DNA from: an uncultured Pelagibacteraceae bacterium
GTDB taxonomy: Bacteria > Pseudomonadota > Alphaproteobacteria > Pelagibacterales > AG-422-B15
Direction: 5' to 3'
Length of the DNA: 62,096 nt
Assembly: GCA_905182145.1 (NCBI GenBank)
Contig: CAJJAN010000005.1
Location: forward strand, 1 to 62,096
Shown here one piece after another: positions 23,539 through 34,000 of this stretch. Made by a program: the position numbers and the translations under genes. Under the pieces are notes generated by a model, which worked only from the letters and a program-made list of their open reading frames with translations, was not told the DNA's origin and searched no databases. Within the stretch, counting starts at the first letter, position 1, and every line of letters begins with the position of its first letter.

Positions 23539-24514
23539 TATTTACACCAGCATCTAAAATAATTTGTTTTAATTCTTCAACACCATCATTAGTTATTGTA
23601 GATATAACAAAGACTTTATTTTTAACTTCTTTTTTTAAATCCTTAACTATTTTTTTTATAACATCACTCTCTAATAAATCTGATTTATTGAGCACAATAA
23701 TTTCAGCTTTATTACCTAATTCAACATTATAGCTTTTTAATTCATTTCGAATAGTTTTGTAATTATCTAGAACATTTTTTTCTGATATATCCAAAATATG
23801 TATAATTGAAGTACATCTTTCAATATGCCTTAAAAATTGAAAGCCAAGCCCAGTACCAATATGCGCCCCTTCAATTAATCCAGGAATATCAGCTATAATC
23901 TTTTCTCTGTCACCTTGTCGCATAACTCCTAACTTAGGAACTATTGTTGTAAAAGGATATTCACCAACTTTTGTCTTAGCGGCTGTAAGTTTTCGCATAA
24001 AACTTGACTTACCCGCATTTGGAAGTCCAACAAGGCCTGTGTCAGCAATAAGTTTAAGTTTAAACAACACATCAGCTTCGTATCCTTTTTCTCCTAAGGT
24101 TATTTTGCGTGGAGCTCTATTTGTGGATGATTTAAAATTTGTATTTCCTAAGCCACCTTTACCACCTGAAAAAAGTAATATTTTCTTTGTGTCAATTATA
24201 TCTTCAACTAATTCATCTTCTTCATAGATTTGAGTTCCAATTGGAAGTTTTAGAACAATATCTTTGCCAGCTGCACCATTACGTTTTCTACCCGCACCAT
24301 GTACTCCTTTTTTAGCCCTAAAATGTTTTTGGAATCTAAAATCAACAAGAGTATTTAAACCTATAACACCCTGAATATAGATATGCCCTCCACGACCACC
24401 ATTGCCACCGTCAGGTCCACCGTATTCAATATATTTTTCTCGTCTGAAGCTTAGACAGCCATCTCCACCATCTCCACTTTTAATATAAACTTTAGCTTCA
24501 TCGATAAACTTCAT
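23528..24514 (-). CDS. obgE: GTPase Obg/CgtA
   Basis: MKFIDEAK..GDGGDG Obg fold, with G1 GLPNAGKS and G3 DIPG. Confidence 0.93.
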   Translation of the reverse strand: MKFIDEAKVYIKSGDGGDGCLSFRREKYIEYGGPDGGNGGRGGHIYIQGVIGLNTLVDFRFQKHFRAKKGVHGAGRKRNGAAGKDIVLKLPIGTQIYEEDELVEDIIDTKKILLFSGGKGGLGNTNFKSSTNRAPRKITLGEKGYEADVLFKLKLIADTGLVGLPNAGKSSFMRKLTAAKTKVGEYPFTTIVPKLGVMRQGDREKIIADIPGLIEGAHIGTGLGFQFLRHIERCTSIIHILDISEKNVLDNYKTIRNELKSYNVELGNKAEIIVLNKSDLLESDVIKKIVKDLKKEVKNKVFVISTITNDGVEELKQIILDAGVNNEN

Positions 24515-24575
24515 TGTTTTGAGCTTATAAAAATATTAATTGAAATAAATAAAATTAAAGAATTAAGAATTTTTC

Positions 24576-24839
24576 TTAATTAACTGTATTTGGTGCAACG
24601 GAAATATAAGTTTTTCCATTTTTCTTTTTTCCAAATGTTACTACTCCCTCTATAAGTGAGAAAATAGTATGATCTTTTCCAAGACCAACATTATCACCAG
24701 GATGCCATTTTGTTCCACGTTGACGTGCAATTATGTTTCCAGGTATAACAGCTTCACCACCAAACTTTTTAATACCAAGCCTCCTACCGGCCGAGTCTCT
24801 TCCATTCCTAGATGAACCACCTGCTTTTTTATGTGCCAT
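24576..24839 (-). CDS. rpmA: 50S ribosomal protein L27
   Basis: [17 protein letters not shown]-terminus. Confidence 0.95.
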   Translation of the reverse strand: MAHKKAGGSSRNGRDSAGRRLGIKKFGGEAVIPGNIIARQRGTKWHPGDNVGLGKDHTIFSLIEGVVTFGKKKNGKTYISVAPNTVN

Positions 24840-24845
24840 TGAGTA

Positions 24846-25283
24846 CTATTCCTTTGCCTTAGCTGCAGTTTTTTTCTTTACTGCTTTTTTCTTTACTGGA
24901 GCTTCAACAACTTCCTCTACTTTTGCTACTTTTTCTATTTTTTCAGCTTTTACTTTTGGAAATGTTAAGCCAGGTACCTCAATATCAAGGACTTTTAAAA
25001 ATGTTATGTCCTGCTTATGACCATTTTTTCTTCTGAAGTTTTTTCTTCTTTGCTTCTTAAAAACAAGAATTTTTCTGTCTCTATCTTGTTTAATAATTTC
25101 AAACTTAACTTTAGCATCTTTAATATTTGGGCTACCTAGACTTAAATCCTTACCGTCGGAAGCAAATAAAACTTCATCTATAGTAATTTGCTCTCCACCC
25201 TCACCAGCAATCTTGTTAACTGTTAGAACAGTATCACCTGATACCTTATATTGTTTACCACCACTGGATATTACTGCGAACAT
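24846..25283 (-). CDS. rplU: 50S ribosomal protein L21 (with a Lys/Ala-rich C-terminal extension)
   Basis: [15 protein letters not shown]-terminus; upstream of rpmA. Confidence 0.93.
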   Translation of the reverse strand: MFAVISSGGKQYKVSGDTVLTVNKIAGEGGEQITIDEVLFASDGKDLSLGSPNIKDAKVKFEIIKQDRDRKILVFKKQRRKNFRRKNGHKQDITFLKVLDIEVPGLTFPKVKAEKIEKVAKVEEVVEAPVKKKAVKKKTAAKAKE

Positions 25284-25321
25284 AATTTATGAATTATTAT
25301 TTTGAATGTTAAAGTCTGGTG

Positions 25322-25349
25322 AATATAACCCCACCTCTATTTATGTCAA
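25322..25349 (-). promoter_or_regulatory. Sigma70-type promoter candidate for the rplU-rpmA-obg array
   Basis: The minus strand reads TTGACA, 16 nt, then TATATT. The -10 element ends about 38 nt upstream of the rplU ATG. Confidence 0.45.
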
Positions 25350-25463
25350 TAGATGATATTATACAGAAAAACTAGGCTTTATAAGCATTTTAAGGTAACA
25401 TTTTTCTAACAATTAACTAGAATAAATAATATCAAATCTACTAAGATCTGGAATAACTCAGGT

Positions 25464-26684
25464 ATGGCAATAAAAATTAGTTCATTTACAGGTTTAAGAC
25501 CAATTAAAAAACTTGCTCATTCAATTGTATCATCTTCATTTGATAATTTAAGTGTAAAAGAAATCAAAAAAGCATCCAAAAATATTAATTGGAATTTTTT
25601 AAATATTTTAAGTCCGGAAACTTTTTTCCCAAGTCATAGCAAGAAACAGTTAACAAATTATGTTCGTGGTTACCTTAAGAGTATGGTGGACAATCAAATA
25701 TTATTTAAGGACGATGAACCAAATTTTTATATTTATAAATTAAGTAAAAACTCAAAAGTCCAATTTGGGGTTATTGCATCAATTGAAATTAATAAAAAAT
25801 CACAAAAAAATATATTACCGCATGAAAAAACTTTTACATCTAAGGAAAACTCTATCTTAAGAAATATAGAGTCTACTAAAACTCAAGTTGGTCCAGTTTA
25901 TTTGACTTATAAGAATAAGAATAATTTAAAATTATTATTTAAAAAGTATTCAAATACTAAGCCAGAATATTTCTTTACAAGTGCAGGTGGAACAAAGCAC
26001 TCGTTGTGGGTAACAAAAAATTTTAAAGATAGAAATTATATTTCATCACAACTATCAAAAATAGAAACTTTATATATTGCAGATGGCCATCATAGGTTTG
26101 CAGCAATCTCAAAATTATTTAAAAAAACAAGTCAAAAAAATAATAAAATAAAATCAGTTCCACTTTTAGCAGCTTTGTTTGATCAGTCTTCTGTTAAAAT
26201 TTTAAGTTACAACCGACTTATAAAACTTAAAAAAACTAATCCTAAGGAGATTTTAGATCTAATTAAAAAATCATTTATAGATGTAAAGCTATGTAAGTTT
26301 AAAAAACCAAATACAAAAGGAGATGTAATGCTTTTTATATGTAATAAATGGTTTTCTTTTAATTTGCTAAATATTAATTCAAAAAAAGTGTTTTCTCATG
26401 AAACAGATATTGATTTAATTAACTTACTTATTGTTGATAAAATTTGTCGCATTAAAAAAAATGAGTATAAGAATTATCTAAATTATCTACCTGGTAAATT
26501 TGGATACAAAGAGCTTGAGAAAAAAGTAAGAAAAAATGAAGCCGATATGGCTTTTTTTGTTTGCCCAATGACTATGCATGAGATAATGTCAATTTCTAAC
26601 AGAAAAGCTACTGTACCTCAAAAATCTACTTTTTTTGATCCAAAGCTAATCGACGGACTAGTAAATTTACAAATGAAATTATAA
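25464..26684 (+). CDS. DUF1015 family protein (function unknown)
   Basis: LPHEKTF..K...L.....T..QVGPVYLTY and the ADGHHRFAA motif, which I recall as characteristic of DUF1015/COG4198. It ends 4 nt before serC. Confidence 0.65.
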   Translation: MAIKISSFTGLRPIKKLAHSIVSSSFDNLSVKEIKKASKNINWNFLNILSPETFFPSHSKKQLTNYVRGYLKSMVDNQILFKDDEPNFYIYKLSKNSKVQFGVIASIEINKKSQKNILPHEKTFTSKENSILRNIESTKTQVGPVYLTYKNKNNLKLLFKKYSNTKPEYFFTSAGGTKHSLWVTKNFKDRNYISSQLSKIETLYIADGHHRFAAISKLFKKTSQKNNKIKSVPLLAALFDQSSVKILSYNRLIKLKKTNPKEILDLIKKSFIDVKLCKFKKPNTKGDVMLFICNKWFSFNLLNINSKKVFSHETDIDLINLLIVDKICRIKKNEYKNYLNYLPGKFGYKELEKKVRKNEADMAFFVCPMTMHEIMSISNRKATVPQKSTFFDPKLIDGLVNLQMKL

Positions 26685-26688
26685 AATT

Positions 26689-27849
26689 ATGATAAATAAA
26701 CCAAAAGTTAAACCTCCTTACCCATATTTTTCATCAGGACCATGTGCTAAACCTCCTGGATGGTCATTAAAGAATCTTGAAAATGCCGTCGTTTCTAGAT
26801 CTCACAGATCAAAGGTCGGACTGGAAAGAATTCAAGAGTTAATTAATAAATCTAGAGACATTCTGCAAATACCAGATGATTATCATATTGGCATTGTTCC
26901 AGCATCTGATACTGGTGCCGTAGAGATGGCAATGTGGTCAATGTTGGGTCAACGTGGAGTTGAAGTATATTCATGGGAGAACTTTGGACACGATTGGTCA
27001 ATTGATGTTGGCGACCAACTTCCTTTAGAAAATAAGATTGTTCAAAAAACTGACTATGGGGTACTTCCAGATTTCTCAAGTAGTAATTCTGATAATGATA
27101 TTATTTTTACATGGAATGGAACCACTGCTGGTGTGAGAATTAAAAACACTGAATGGATTAGTGATGATAGGAAAGGTCTTGTAATTTGTGATGCAACATC
27201 TGCTGTATTTTCAATGCACATGGATTGGCATAAATTAGACGTCGTTACTTACTCTTGGCAAAAAGTTTTAGGTAGTGAGGCAGCCCACGGAATGTTAATT
27301 TTATCACCTAGAGCAGTAGAAAGGCTTGAAAGCTATACTCCACCATGGCCAATACCAAAAATATTTCGTCTTGCAAATAATCAAAAATTTGCAAAGGCTA
27401 TATTTTCTGGCACAACCATAAATACCCCATCAATGTTGAGCATTGAAGATGCTTTAAATTCACTTAACTGGGCTTCATCAATTGGTGGTATAGATGAGCT
27501 TGTTAATATCTCTGAAAATAATTTAAAGATTGTATCTGATTGGGTTGCAACCAGTGATACATTCGAGTTTCTTGCTAAAGACCCTGAAACCTTATCTTGT
27601 ACTTCTATATGTTTAATTCCAAAAGACCCTTGGTTTAAAGATTTAGACAGTGAAAAGAAATCTGATTTTATGAAGAAGGTTTGTAATGAATTAGAATCTA
27701 ATGAGGCAGGTTATGACTTAAATTCTTATAAAACAGCGCCGTCTGGAATTAGAATTTGGGGAGGATCGACTGTCACAAATGAAAATGTTAAACTTGTGCT
27801 ACCATGGATTGATTGGGCGTACGACCTAGTAAAATCAAATTACACTTAA
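26689..27849 (+). CDS. serC: Phosphoserine aminotransferase
   Basis: 386 aa class-V aminotransferase with FSSGPC..P N-terminus and YSWQKVLG (PLP lysine region). serA is adjacent. Confidence 0.85.
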   Translation: MINKPKVKPPYPYFSSGPCAKPPGWSLKNLENAVVSRSHRSKVGLERIQELINKSRDILQIPDDYHIGIVPASDTGAVEMAMWSMLGQRGVEVYSWENFGHDWSIDVGDQLPLENKIVQKTDYGVLPDFSSSNSDNDIIFTWNGTTAGVRIKNTEWISDDRKGLVICDATSAVFSMHMDWHKLDVVTYSWQKVLGSEAAHGMLILSPRAVERLESYTPPWPIPKIFRLANNQKFAKAIFSGTTINTPSMLSIEDALNSLNWASSIGGIDELVNISENNLKIVSDWVATSDTFEFLAKDPETLSCTSICLIPKDPWFKDLDSEKKSDFMKKVCNELESNEAGYDLNSYKTAPSGIRIWGGSTVTNENVKLVLPWIDWAYDLVKSNYT

Positions 27850-28790
27850 TGAATAAAATTTTAATTGCAGATAATGTTTCCAATGCTGTTTCAGAAGTAT
27901 TTGATAAACATAATATTTTATATGATACAAAAGTTGGTTTATCTGAAGATGAATTAGTCTCAGAAATAAAAAATTATACAGGTTTAATTGTAAGATCTGC
28001 TGTTACAGTTACAGAAAAAATTATTAATAATGCAGAAAATCTTAAGGTAATAGGCAGACCAGGTGTGGGCGTAGATAATGTAGATCTTATCGCTGCAACT
28101 GCTAAAGGTATAGTTGTTATGAATACCCCATTAGGCAATGTGCAGGCAACTGCAGAACTAACATTTGGAATCATTCACTCTCTAATGAGAAAAGTAAATA
28201 TTGCAAACCATTCTATGCATCAAAATAAATGGGAAAAAAAGAAATTTATTGGTAATGAGATGTTTGGCAAAACGATTGGAATAATTGGCTTTGGCAATAT
28301 CGGTAAGAAAATAAATGAAATATCTAAAGTCTATGGAATGAATGTTGTAGTTCATAGTTCTTCACTTACTGAGACAGAAGCTACGAGTTTTGAAGTAAAA
28401 AATCTTTCAGTTGAAAAGCTTTTAGAGGTTTCTGACATAATTACATTTCACAATAAACTTTCTGAAAAATCCAAGTATTTGATTAACTCTGAAACTTTAA
28501 AGTTAGTTAAAAAAAATGCCCTCATTATTAATTGTGCAAGAGGTGGACTGGTAAATGAAGAAGATATTAAGAAAGCTCTAGAGCTAGAAATGCTTGGTGG
28601 TTATGGTTGTGATGTTTATGAAAATGAACCAGAAAAAAATAGTATTTTTTCAGGTTTAGATAATGTAGTTATGACACCTCATATAGGTGCAAGTACTGTT
28701 GAGGCTCAAGAAAAAGTTGCATATCAAATTGCAGAACAAATTGTTGAATTTATAAAAAATAATAAAATTATAAATCAAGTAAACAAATAA
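27849..28790 (+). CDS. serA: D-3-phosphoglycerate dehydrogenase (short form, no ACT domain)
   Basis: 2-hydroxyacid dehydrogenase fold, NAD motif GIIGFGNIGKK, and the CARGGLV..HIGAST catalytic region. Start set at ATG 27849, a TAATG overlap with serC. Confidence 0.82.
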   Translation: MNKILIADNVSNAVSEVFDKHNILYDTKVGLSEDELVSEIKNYTGLIVRSAVTVTEKIINNAENLKVIGRPGVGVDNVDLIAATAKGIVVMNTPLGNVQATAELTFGIIHSLMRKVNIANHSMHQNKWEKKKFIGNEMFGKTIGIIGFGNIGKKINEISKVYGMNVVVHSSSLTETEATSFEVKNLSVEKLLEVSDIITFHNKLSEKSKYLINSETLKLVKKNALIINCARGGLVNEEDIKKALELEMLGGYGCDVYENEPEKNSIFSGLDNVVMTPHIGASTVEAQEKVAYQIAEQIVEFIKNNKIINQVNK

Positions 28791-28791
28791 C

Positions 28792-29514
28792 ATGAATAGA
28801 CTTATACTTATCAGACATGGTCAAAGTGTCTGGAATGCTCAAAATATATTTACAGGTTGGGTTGATGTTGAACTTACTTCTAAAGGCGAGCAAGAAGCTA
28901 AATTATCAGGAGAATTAATTAAAGATATAAACTTCAAACCCAAAGTTTGTTTTACCTCATACCTAAAAAGAGCTAAAGACACTTTAGATATTATTCTTAA
29001 AGAGATTAATGTGCATGACAGCACAAGTATTAATTATAGTTGGCAATTGAATGAACGACATTATGGAAGTCTCCAAGGATTAAATAAAAAAGAAACTTTA
29101 AATAAATATGGTGAAGATCAATTTTTAAAGTGGAGAAGAAGTTATGAAACACCTCCTCCAAAATTAGACTCTTTAAGCGAAATGAATCCTAAAAATGATC
29201 CTCTTTACTCAGAAGTAATAAGTTCTGAATTGCCATTATCCGAATGCCTACAAGACACTTATAACAGGGTGATCCCGTATTGGAAAAAAAGTATTACCCC
29301 ATTATTAGAATCAGGAGACACTTTAATTGTGGCGCATGGAAATAGTCTTAGGGCATTATGCAAAGAATTATTTAATATTTCGGATCAGGACATAGTAAAG
29401 TTAGAAATTCCTACAGGTAATCCGCTATTTTTGGATTTAGATAATAGTTGCAAAATAAAATCAGCTAGATATCTTAATCTCTCGAGGGCTGAAAAAATCC
29501 CTGAAATTTTATAA
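28792..29514 (+). CDS. gpmA: 2,3-bisphosphoglycerate-dependent phosphoglycerate mutase
   Basis: LIRHGQSVWN phosphohistidine motif, with later ERHYG and HGNSLRAL. Confidence 0.9.
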   Translation: MNRLILIRHGQSVWNAQNIFTGWVDVELTSKGEQEAKLSGELIKDINFKPKVCFTSYLKRAKDTLDIILKEINVHDSTSINYSWQLNERHYGSLQGLNKKETLNKYGEDQFLKWRRSYETPPPKLDSLSEMNPKNDPLYSEVISSELPLSECLQDTYNRVIPYWKKSITPLLESGDTLIVAHGNSLRALCKELFNISDQDIVKLEIPTGNPLFLDLDNSCKIKSARYLNLSRAEKIPEIL

Positions 29515-29531
29515 TTTTTTAGGATTTAATT

Positions 29532-30704
29532 ATGACAGACGTATTTATAACTTCCGCAACTAGAACTGGTGTTGGTTCGTTCAGTGGCTCCCTAAGTAAT
29601 TTGGAGGCACATGATTTAGGAAAAATAGTAATAGAAGACTCTTTAAAAAAATCTGCTGTTCAACCACATGAAGTAGATGAAGTGATACTTGGACAAGTAC
29701 TTACGGCGGGAACTGGTCAAAACCCAGCTAGACAAGCATCTGTTAACGCGGGTATTGCAAAAGAAACTCCTGCGTGGGTAGTTAATCAAGTTTGTGGATC
29801 TGGATTAAGAACTGTTGCATTAGGTTTTCAAGCAATTAAAAATCAGGATGCAAATATTGTAATTACAGGCGGTCAAGAGAGTATGAGTAGATCTCCACAT
29901 TGCATGCATTTGCGCTCAGGCACAAAGATGGGTGATGCTAAAATGATTGATACAATGATTAAAGATGGTTTATGGGATGCCTTTAATGGATATCATATGG
30001 GTACTACTGCAGAAAATGTAGCAGAGAAATTTCAAGTTACTAGAGATCAACAAGATGAATTTGCTTATAATTCTCAATTAAAAGCAAGCAAGGCTAAGGC
30101 AGCAGGCTTATTTAAAGATGAAATTACACCAGTTGATATTGTAACAAGAAAAGAAACAACAGTTTTTGATCAAGACGAATATATAAAAGATAATGTTCAA
30201 TTAGAGAAATTGGCATCTTTAAGACCAGCATTTGCAAAAGATGGTTCTGTAACAGCAGCAAATGCAAGTGGTATTAATGATGGAGCAGCAGCATTGATGT
30301 TAATGAATGAAGCTGAGATGGAAAAAAGAAGTATTGAACCTTTAGCTAGAGTTGTATCTTGGGCAAGTGTTGGCGTTGACCCATCAATTATGGGAACTGG
30401 GCCAATACCTTCAGTGCGCAAAGCATTAGATAAAGCTGGTTGGTCAATAGGTGACTTAGACTTAATTGAATCAAATGAAGCTTTTGCAGCTCAAGCATGT
30501 GCTGTAAATAAAGAATTAGGTTGGGATACAAGTAAAGTTAATGTTAATGGAGGTGCAATAGCTATTGGACATCCTATAGGTGCATCTGGAGCTAGAATTC
30601 TGGTTACATTGCTTCACCAAATGAAAAGACAAGACGCTAAAAAAGGCTTAGCTACACTTTGTATTGGTGGTGGCATGGGTATAGCACTTTGCGTTGAAAG
30701 ATAA
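29532..30704 (+). CDS. phaA: Acetyl-CoA C-acetyltransferase (biosynthetic thiolase)
   Basis: Active-site Cys in NQVCGSGL, the C-terminal NVNGGAIAIGHPIGASG, and CIGGGMG. Confidence 0.9.
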   Translation: MTDVFITSATRTGVGSFSGSLSNLEAHDLGKIVIEDSLKKSAVQPHEVDEVILGQVLTAGTGQNPARQASVNAGIAKETPAWVVNQVCGSGLRTVALGFQAIKNQDANIVITGGQESMSRSPHCMHLRSGTKMGDAKMIDTMIKDGLWDAFNGYHMGTTAENVAEKFQVTRDQQDEFAYNSQLKASKAKAAGLFKDEITPVDIVTRKETTVFDQDEYIKDNVQLEKLASLRPAFAKDGSVTAANASGINDGAAALMLMNEAEMEKRSIEPLARVVSWASVGVDPSIMGTGPIPSVRKALDKAGWSIGDLDLIESNEAFAAQACAVNKELGWDTSKVNVNGGAIAIGHPIGASGARILVTLLHQMKRQDAKKGLATLCIGGGMGIALCVER

Positions 30705-30723
30705 AAAAAGGAGAAATTAAATT

Positions 30724-31446
30724 ATGACAAGAATAGCTTTAGTAACAGGTGGTACAAGAGGAATAGGTGGAGCAATATCAATTGCCCTAAAAAATGAGGG
30801 ATGTAAAGTTGCAGCAACTTATAATTCAAACACAGCAGCAGCAGAAGCTTTTGCAAAGGAGCATGGTATTGATGTATTTCAGTGGAATGTAGCAGATGCA
30901 GCAGCGTGTGAAAAAGGCGTAAAAGAAGTAACTGAAAAGTTAGGTGCTGTGGATATATTGATTAATAATGCAGGAATATCTAAAGCAGCAATGTCACATA
31001 AGATGACTATTGAACAATGGGATGATGTTATCAGAACAGACTTAGATTCAGTCTTTTACATGACAAGATGTGTCCTTGAAGGTATGAGAGAAAAAGCTTT
31101 TGGCAGAATAATTTCAATTTCATCTATTAATGGTCAAAAAGGTGAAATGGGCCTTGTAAACTATAGTGCAGCAAAAGCAGGCGTTTTAGGTTTTACAAAG
31201 GCATTAGCACAGGAAACAGCAAGAAAAAATATTACAGTTAACGCAATTGCACCAGGCTATATTGATACAGAAATTTTAGCCGATGCATCAGAAGATTTTT
31301 TAAAAAGTTTAATTACTAAAATTCCTGTGGGAAGACTAGGTACGGTTGAAGAGATCTCTAGAACTGTTACTTTTTTAGCTAGTGAAGATGCTGGCTTTAT
31401 AACAGGATCAACAATTACAGCCAATGGTGGCCAATACTTTATTTAA
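30724..31446 (+). CDS. phaB: Acetoacetyl-CoA reductase (SDR)
   Basis: 240 aa with TGGTRGIG, NNAGI and YSAAKAG. It lies immediately after the thiolase and has an AAGGAG SD. Confidence 0.82.
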   Translation: MTRIALVTGGTRGIGGAISIALKNEGCKVAATYNSNTAAAEAFAKEHGIDVFQWNVADAAACEKGVKEVTEKLGAVDILINNAGISKAAMSHKMTIEQWDDVIRTDLDSVFYMTRCVLEGMREKAFGRIISISSINGQKGEMGLVNYSAAKAGVLGFTKALAQETARKNITVNAIAPGYIDTEILADASEDFLKSLITKIPVGRLGTVEEISRTVTFLASEDAGFITGSTITANGGQYFI

Positions 31447-32204
31447 AAAGTATCTTTAGCAGATCGAATTATAGTAAAAGCCTCTTCATCACTGATATTA
31501 TTATCGGAGAGGAGGCTTTTAATATTTTTCTGGTTAGCTTGAAAAAATATATTAAGCTCTTTTTCCTCAGCTATAGTTGTTGGAACAGTGGGAATATTTT
31601 TCTCTCTTAGTTCTTTAATTTTTATAATCTTTAATTTTATTTGATCATTATCATTAATTGACTGAACAAATTTTGCATTGCTTGCTGTGTATTCATGTCC
31701 ACAATAAATCAAAGTATTATCAGGCAAAGATTTAATTTTACATATTGAATTCCACATATCATTAGGTGAACCTTCAAATAATCTTCCACATCCTAGAGAA
31801 AAAATAGCATCACCTGTAAATACAACATTTTCAGATTTTATATAATATGCAATACATTCCGAGGTATGACCTGGTACATTTATAATTTCAAATTCAGAGT
31901 TATTGAAATAAAACTTTTCACTTTCATTTAATAAAATATCAATTCCAGGTATTCTTTCTTTATCTTTTTCGTTTCCAGCAATTAATGCGCTATATTTATT
32001 TTTAAGCTCTAAATTTCCACCTACATGATCAAAATGATGATGGGTGTTTAATATATATTTTAGCTTTAGATTATTTTTTTCAAGAAATTTAATAATAGGC
32101 AAAGCTTCTGATGGGTCAATTACTAAAGCATCCTTACCAATAGAAAGTACATAAGAATAGTTGTCACTTAGACATGGAATAATATCTATTTTTAAATTAC
32201 TCAT
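31443..32204 (-). CDS. gloB: Hydroxyacylglutathione hydrolase (glyoxalase II)
   Basis: Metallo-beta-lactamase motif THHHFDHVGG, at a length typical for GloB. Confidence 0.82.
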   Translation of the reverse strand: MSNLKIDIIPCLSDNYSYVLSIGKDALVIDPSEALPIIKFLEKNNLKLKYILNTHHHFDHVGGNLELKNKYSALIAGNEKDKERIPGIDILLNESEKFYFNNSEFEIINVPGHTSECIAYYIKSENVVFTGDAIFSLGCGRLFEGSPNDMWNSICKIKSLPDNTLIYCGHEYTASNAKFVQSINDNDQIKLKIIKIKELREKNIPTVPTTIAEEKELNIFFQANQKNIKSLLSDNNISDEEAFTIIRSAKDTF

Positions 32205-32816
32205 TTATTTTTTTGAAATTAAAAACATTCCAGATTCTAATAAAAAATTATCAAACCAGTTCTTTTTTGTATACTTTTCAATTGAATGATTTTTTAAATT
32301 ACATTTTTTTTCAATTTTTATATTAGACTCTTCACATAAATTAATAAAATCAAAAATTGTACAAAAATGTAAGTTTGGTGTCTCATACCATGAATAACTT
32401 AAATCATCACTTACAGGCATAGTTCCATTAAGCAATAGGTTAAGTCTTATTTTCCAGTATCCAAAGTTTGGAAATGATACAATTGCTTTGTCAGAAATTC
32501 TTACTAATTCCTCTAAAACTTCTTTAGGTTTTTTTGTAGCTTGCAATGTATATGTTAGAATTGAATAATCAAAAGACTTGTTGGGATAGTCAATTAAGTC
32601 AATATCAGCATCACCTTGCATTACAGCAATACCTTTTGCTAAACATTCTCTTATTTTATCCTGATCTATTTCTAAACCTCTGCCATTAATATTTTTCTTT
32701 TTAGCCAAATAATCTAGTAAAGATCCATCTCCACAACCAACATCAATTATATTTGCTCCAGATGGAATCATATTTGAAATTACATTAAAATCTTTATCAG
32801 TATTAAATAAACTCAT
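32205..32816 (-). CDS. metW: Methionine biosynthesis protein MetW
   Basis: SAM-MTase-like DVGCGDG, with typical MetW size and position overlapping the end of metX. Confidence 0.85.
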   Translation of the reverse strand: MSLFNTDKDFNVISNMIPSGANIIDVGCGDGSLLDYLAKKKNINGRGLEIDQDKIRECLAKGIAVMQGDADIDLIDYPNKSFDYSILTYTLQATKKPKEVLEELVRISDKAIVSFPNFGYWKIRLNLLLNGTMPVSDDLSYSWYETPNLHFCTIFDFINLCEESNIKIEKKCNLKNHSIEKYTKKNWFDNFLLESGMFLISKK

Positions 32817-33931
32817 AATTTTTTATATGTTGCATCTAAAAATCCCTCAACTGTATGGAAAAATTCTGGTTCATTTAATAAAAATGAGTCATGTCCATTA
32901 TCAGTATCAATTTCAACAAAACTAACATTTAAACCAAGAGCATTAAATGTCTTTGTTATTACTTTGTTCTCTGAAGTTGGGTACAACCAATCACTTGTAA
33001 AAGATGCACAAAGTATATGCGCCTTTGTATCCTTAAAAGCTTCTAGTAAAGACCCATTATTATCTGTTTTTAAATCAAAGTAGTCCATTGCTCGAGTAAT
33101 ATATAAATAACTATTGGCATCAAAACGATCCACAAATTTAAAACCTTGATGTCTTAGGTAGCTTTCAACTTGAAAATCTGCATCAAAAGAAAATTCAATT
33201 TTAGTTTTATCTTGTAAATTTCTCCCAAATTTTTCATGTAATGATTGCTCTGATAAATAGCTTATATGCGCAGCCATTCTTGCAACAGATAGTCCTTTTG
33301 TTGGCTTAGTATTATGTTCATTATAATTTCCAGACTTCCATTCAGGATCAGCCATAATAGCCTGCCTTGCTAGTTCGTTAAGAGCAATATTTTGTGCAGA
33401 GTGACTAGTAGTTGTTGCAATAGGTATTGCTGAAAAAACAAGTGAAGGAAACTTAGATAGCCACTCTAAAACTAACATACCACCCATAGATCCACCAATA
33501 ACTGAAAATAATTTTTTTATACCCAAACTATCAATCAATAATTTTTGTGCTTTAACCATATCGGCAATAGTTATAACTGGGAAATCTAAGCCATATTCTC
33601 TTCCAGTTTTTGGATTTTTTTCATTTGGTCCCGTTGATCCCATGCAGCCACCGATAACATTTGGACATATTATAAAGTATTTATCTGTGTCTATTGATTT
33701 ACCTGGCCCTATCAACAAAGACCACCAACCATCTTTTTTAGTAATAGGATGTTCACTTGCAACGTACTGATCACCAGTTAATGCGTGACAGATTAAAATT
33801 GCATTCGATTTAGAATCGTTAAGTTTTCCATATGTAGTATAAGCTGTCTTAATTGGGCCTATAGATTTACCACAATCTAAAACCAATGGATTCTTACTGG
33901 AAGCTAACTCTACAATTGTATTTTTACTCAT
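32813..33931 (-). CDS. metX: Homoserine O-acetyltransferase
   Basis: Alpha/beta hydrolase with the nucleophile elbow GGSMGG and a conserved CHALTGD block. metW follows. Confidence 0.9.
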   Translation of the reverse strand: MSKNTIVELASSKNPLVLDCGKSIGPIKTAYTTYGKLNDSKSNAILICHALTGDQYVASEHPITKKDGWWSLLIGPGKSIDTDKYFIICPNVIGGCMGSTGPNEKNPKTGREYGLDFPVITIADMVKAQKLLIDSLGIKKLFSVIGGSMGGMLVLEWLSKFPSLVFSAIPIATTTSHSAQNIALNELARQAIMADPEWKSGNYNEHNTKPTKGLSVARMAAHISYLSEQSLHEKFGRNLQDKTKIEFSFDADFQVESYLRHQGFKFVDRFDANSYLYITRAMDYFDLKTDNNGSLLEAFKDTKAHILCASFTSDWLYPTSENKVITKTFNALGLNVSFVEIDTDNGHDSFLLNEPEFFHTVEGFLDATYKKL

Positions 33932-33958
33932 TTTTAATCAATCTTTATCAGCAAGCAT

Positions 33959-33990
33959 AAAAAAACCGCTTAACAACTAAGTTTGGCGGC
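33959..33990 (-). terminator. Terminator-like hairpin plus U7 in the metX leader
   Basis: The minus-strand RNA reads CCGC-CA-AAC [UUAGUU] GUU-AA-GCGG UUUUUUU. That gives 4 bp, a 2x2 internal loop, then 3 bp. Confidence 0.4.
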
Positions 33991-34000
33991 ATTTAGATCA

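Noticed and set aside
25350-25463. A glycine, serine or other riboswitch upstream of DUF1015-serC-serA.
   Set aside because: The spacer is almost unstructured A/T sequence. It contains no glycine-riboswitch core motifs (GGAGAG...CACCGAAGG) and no convincing helices.
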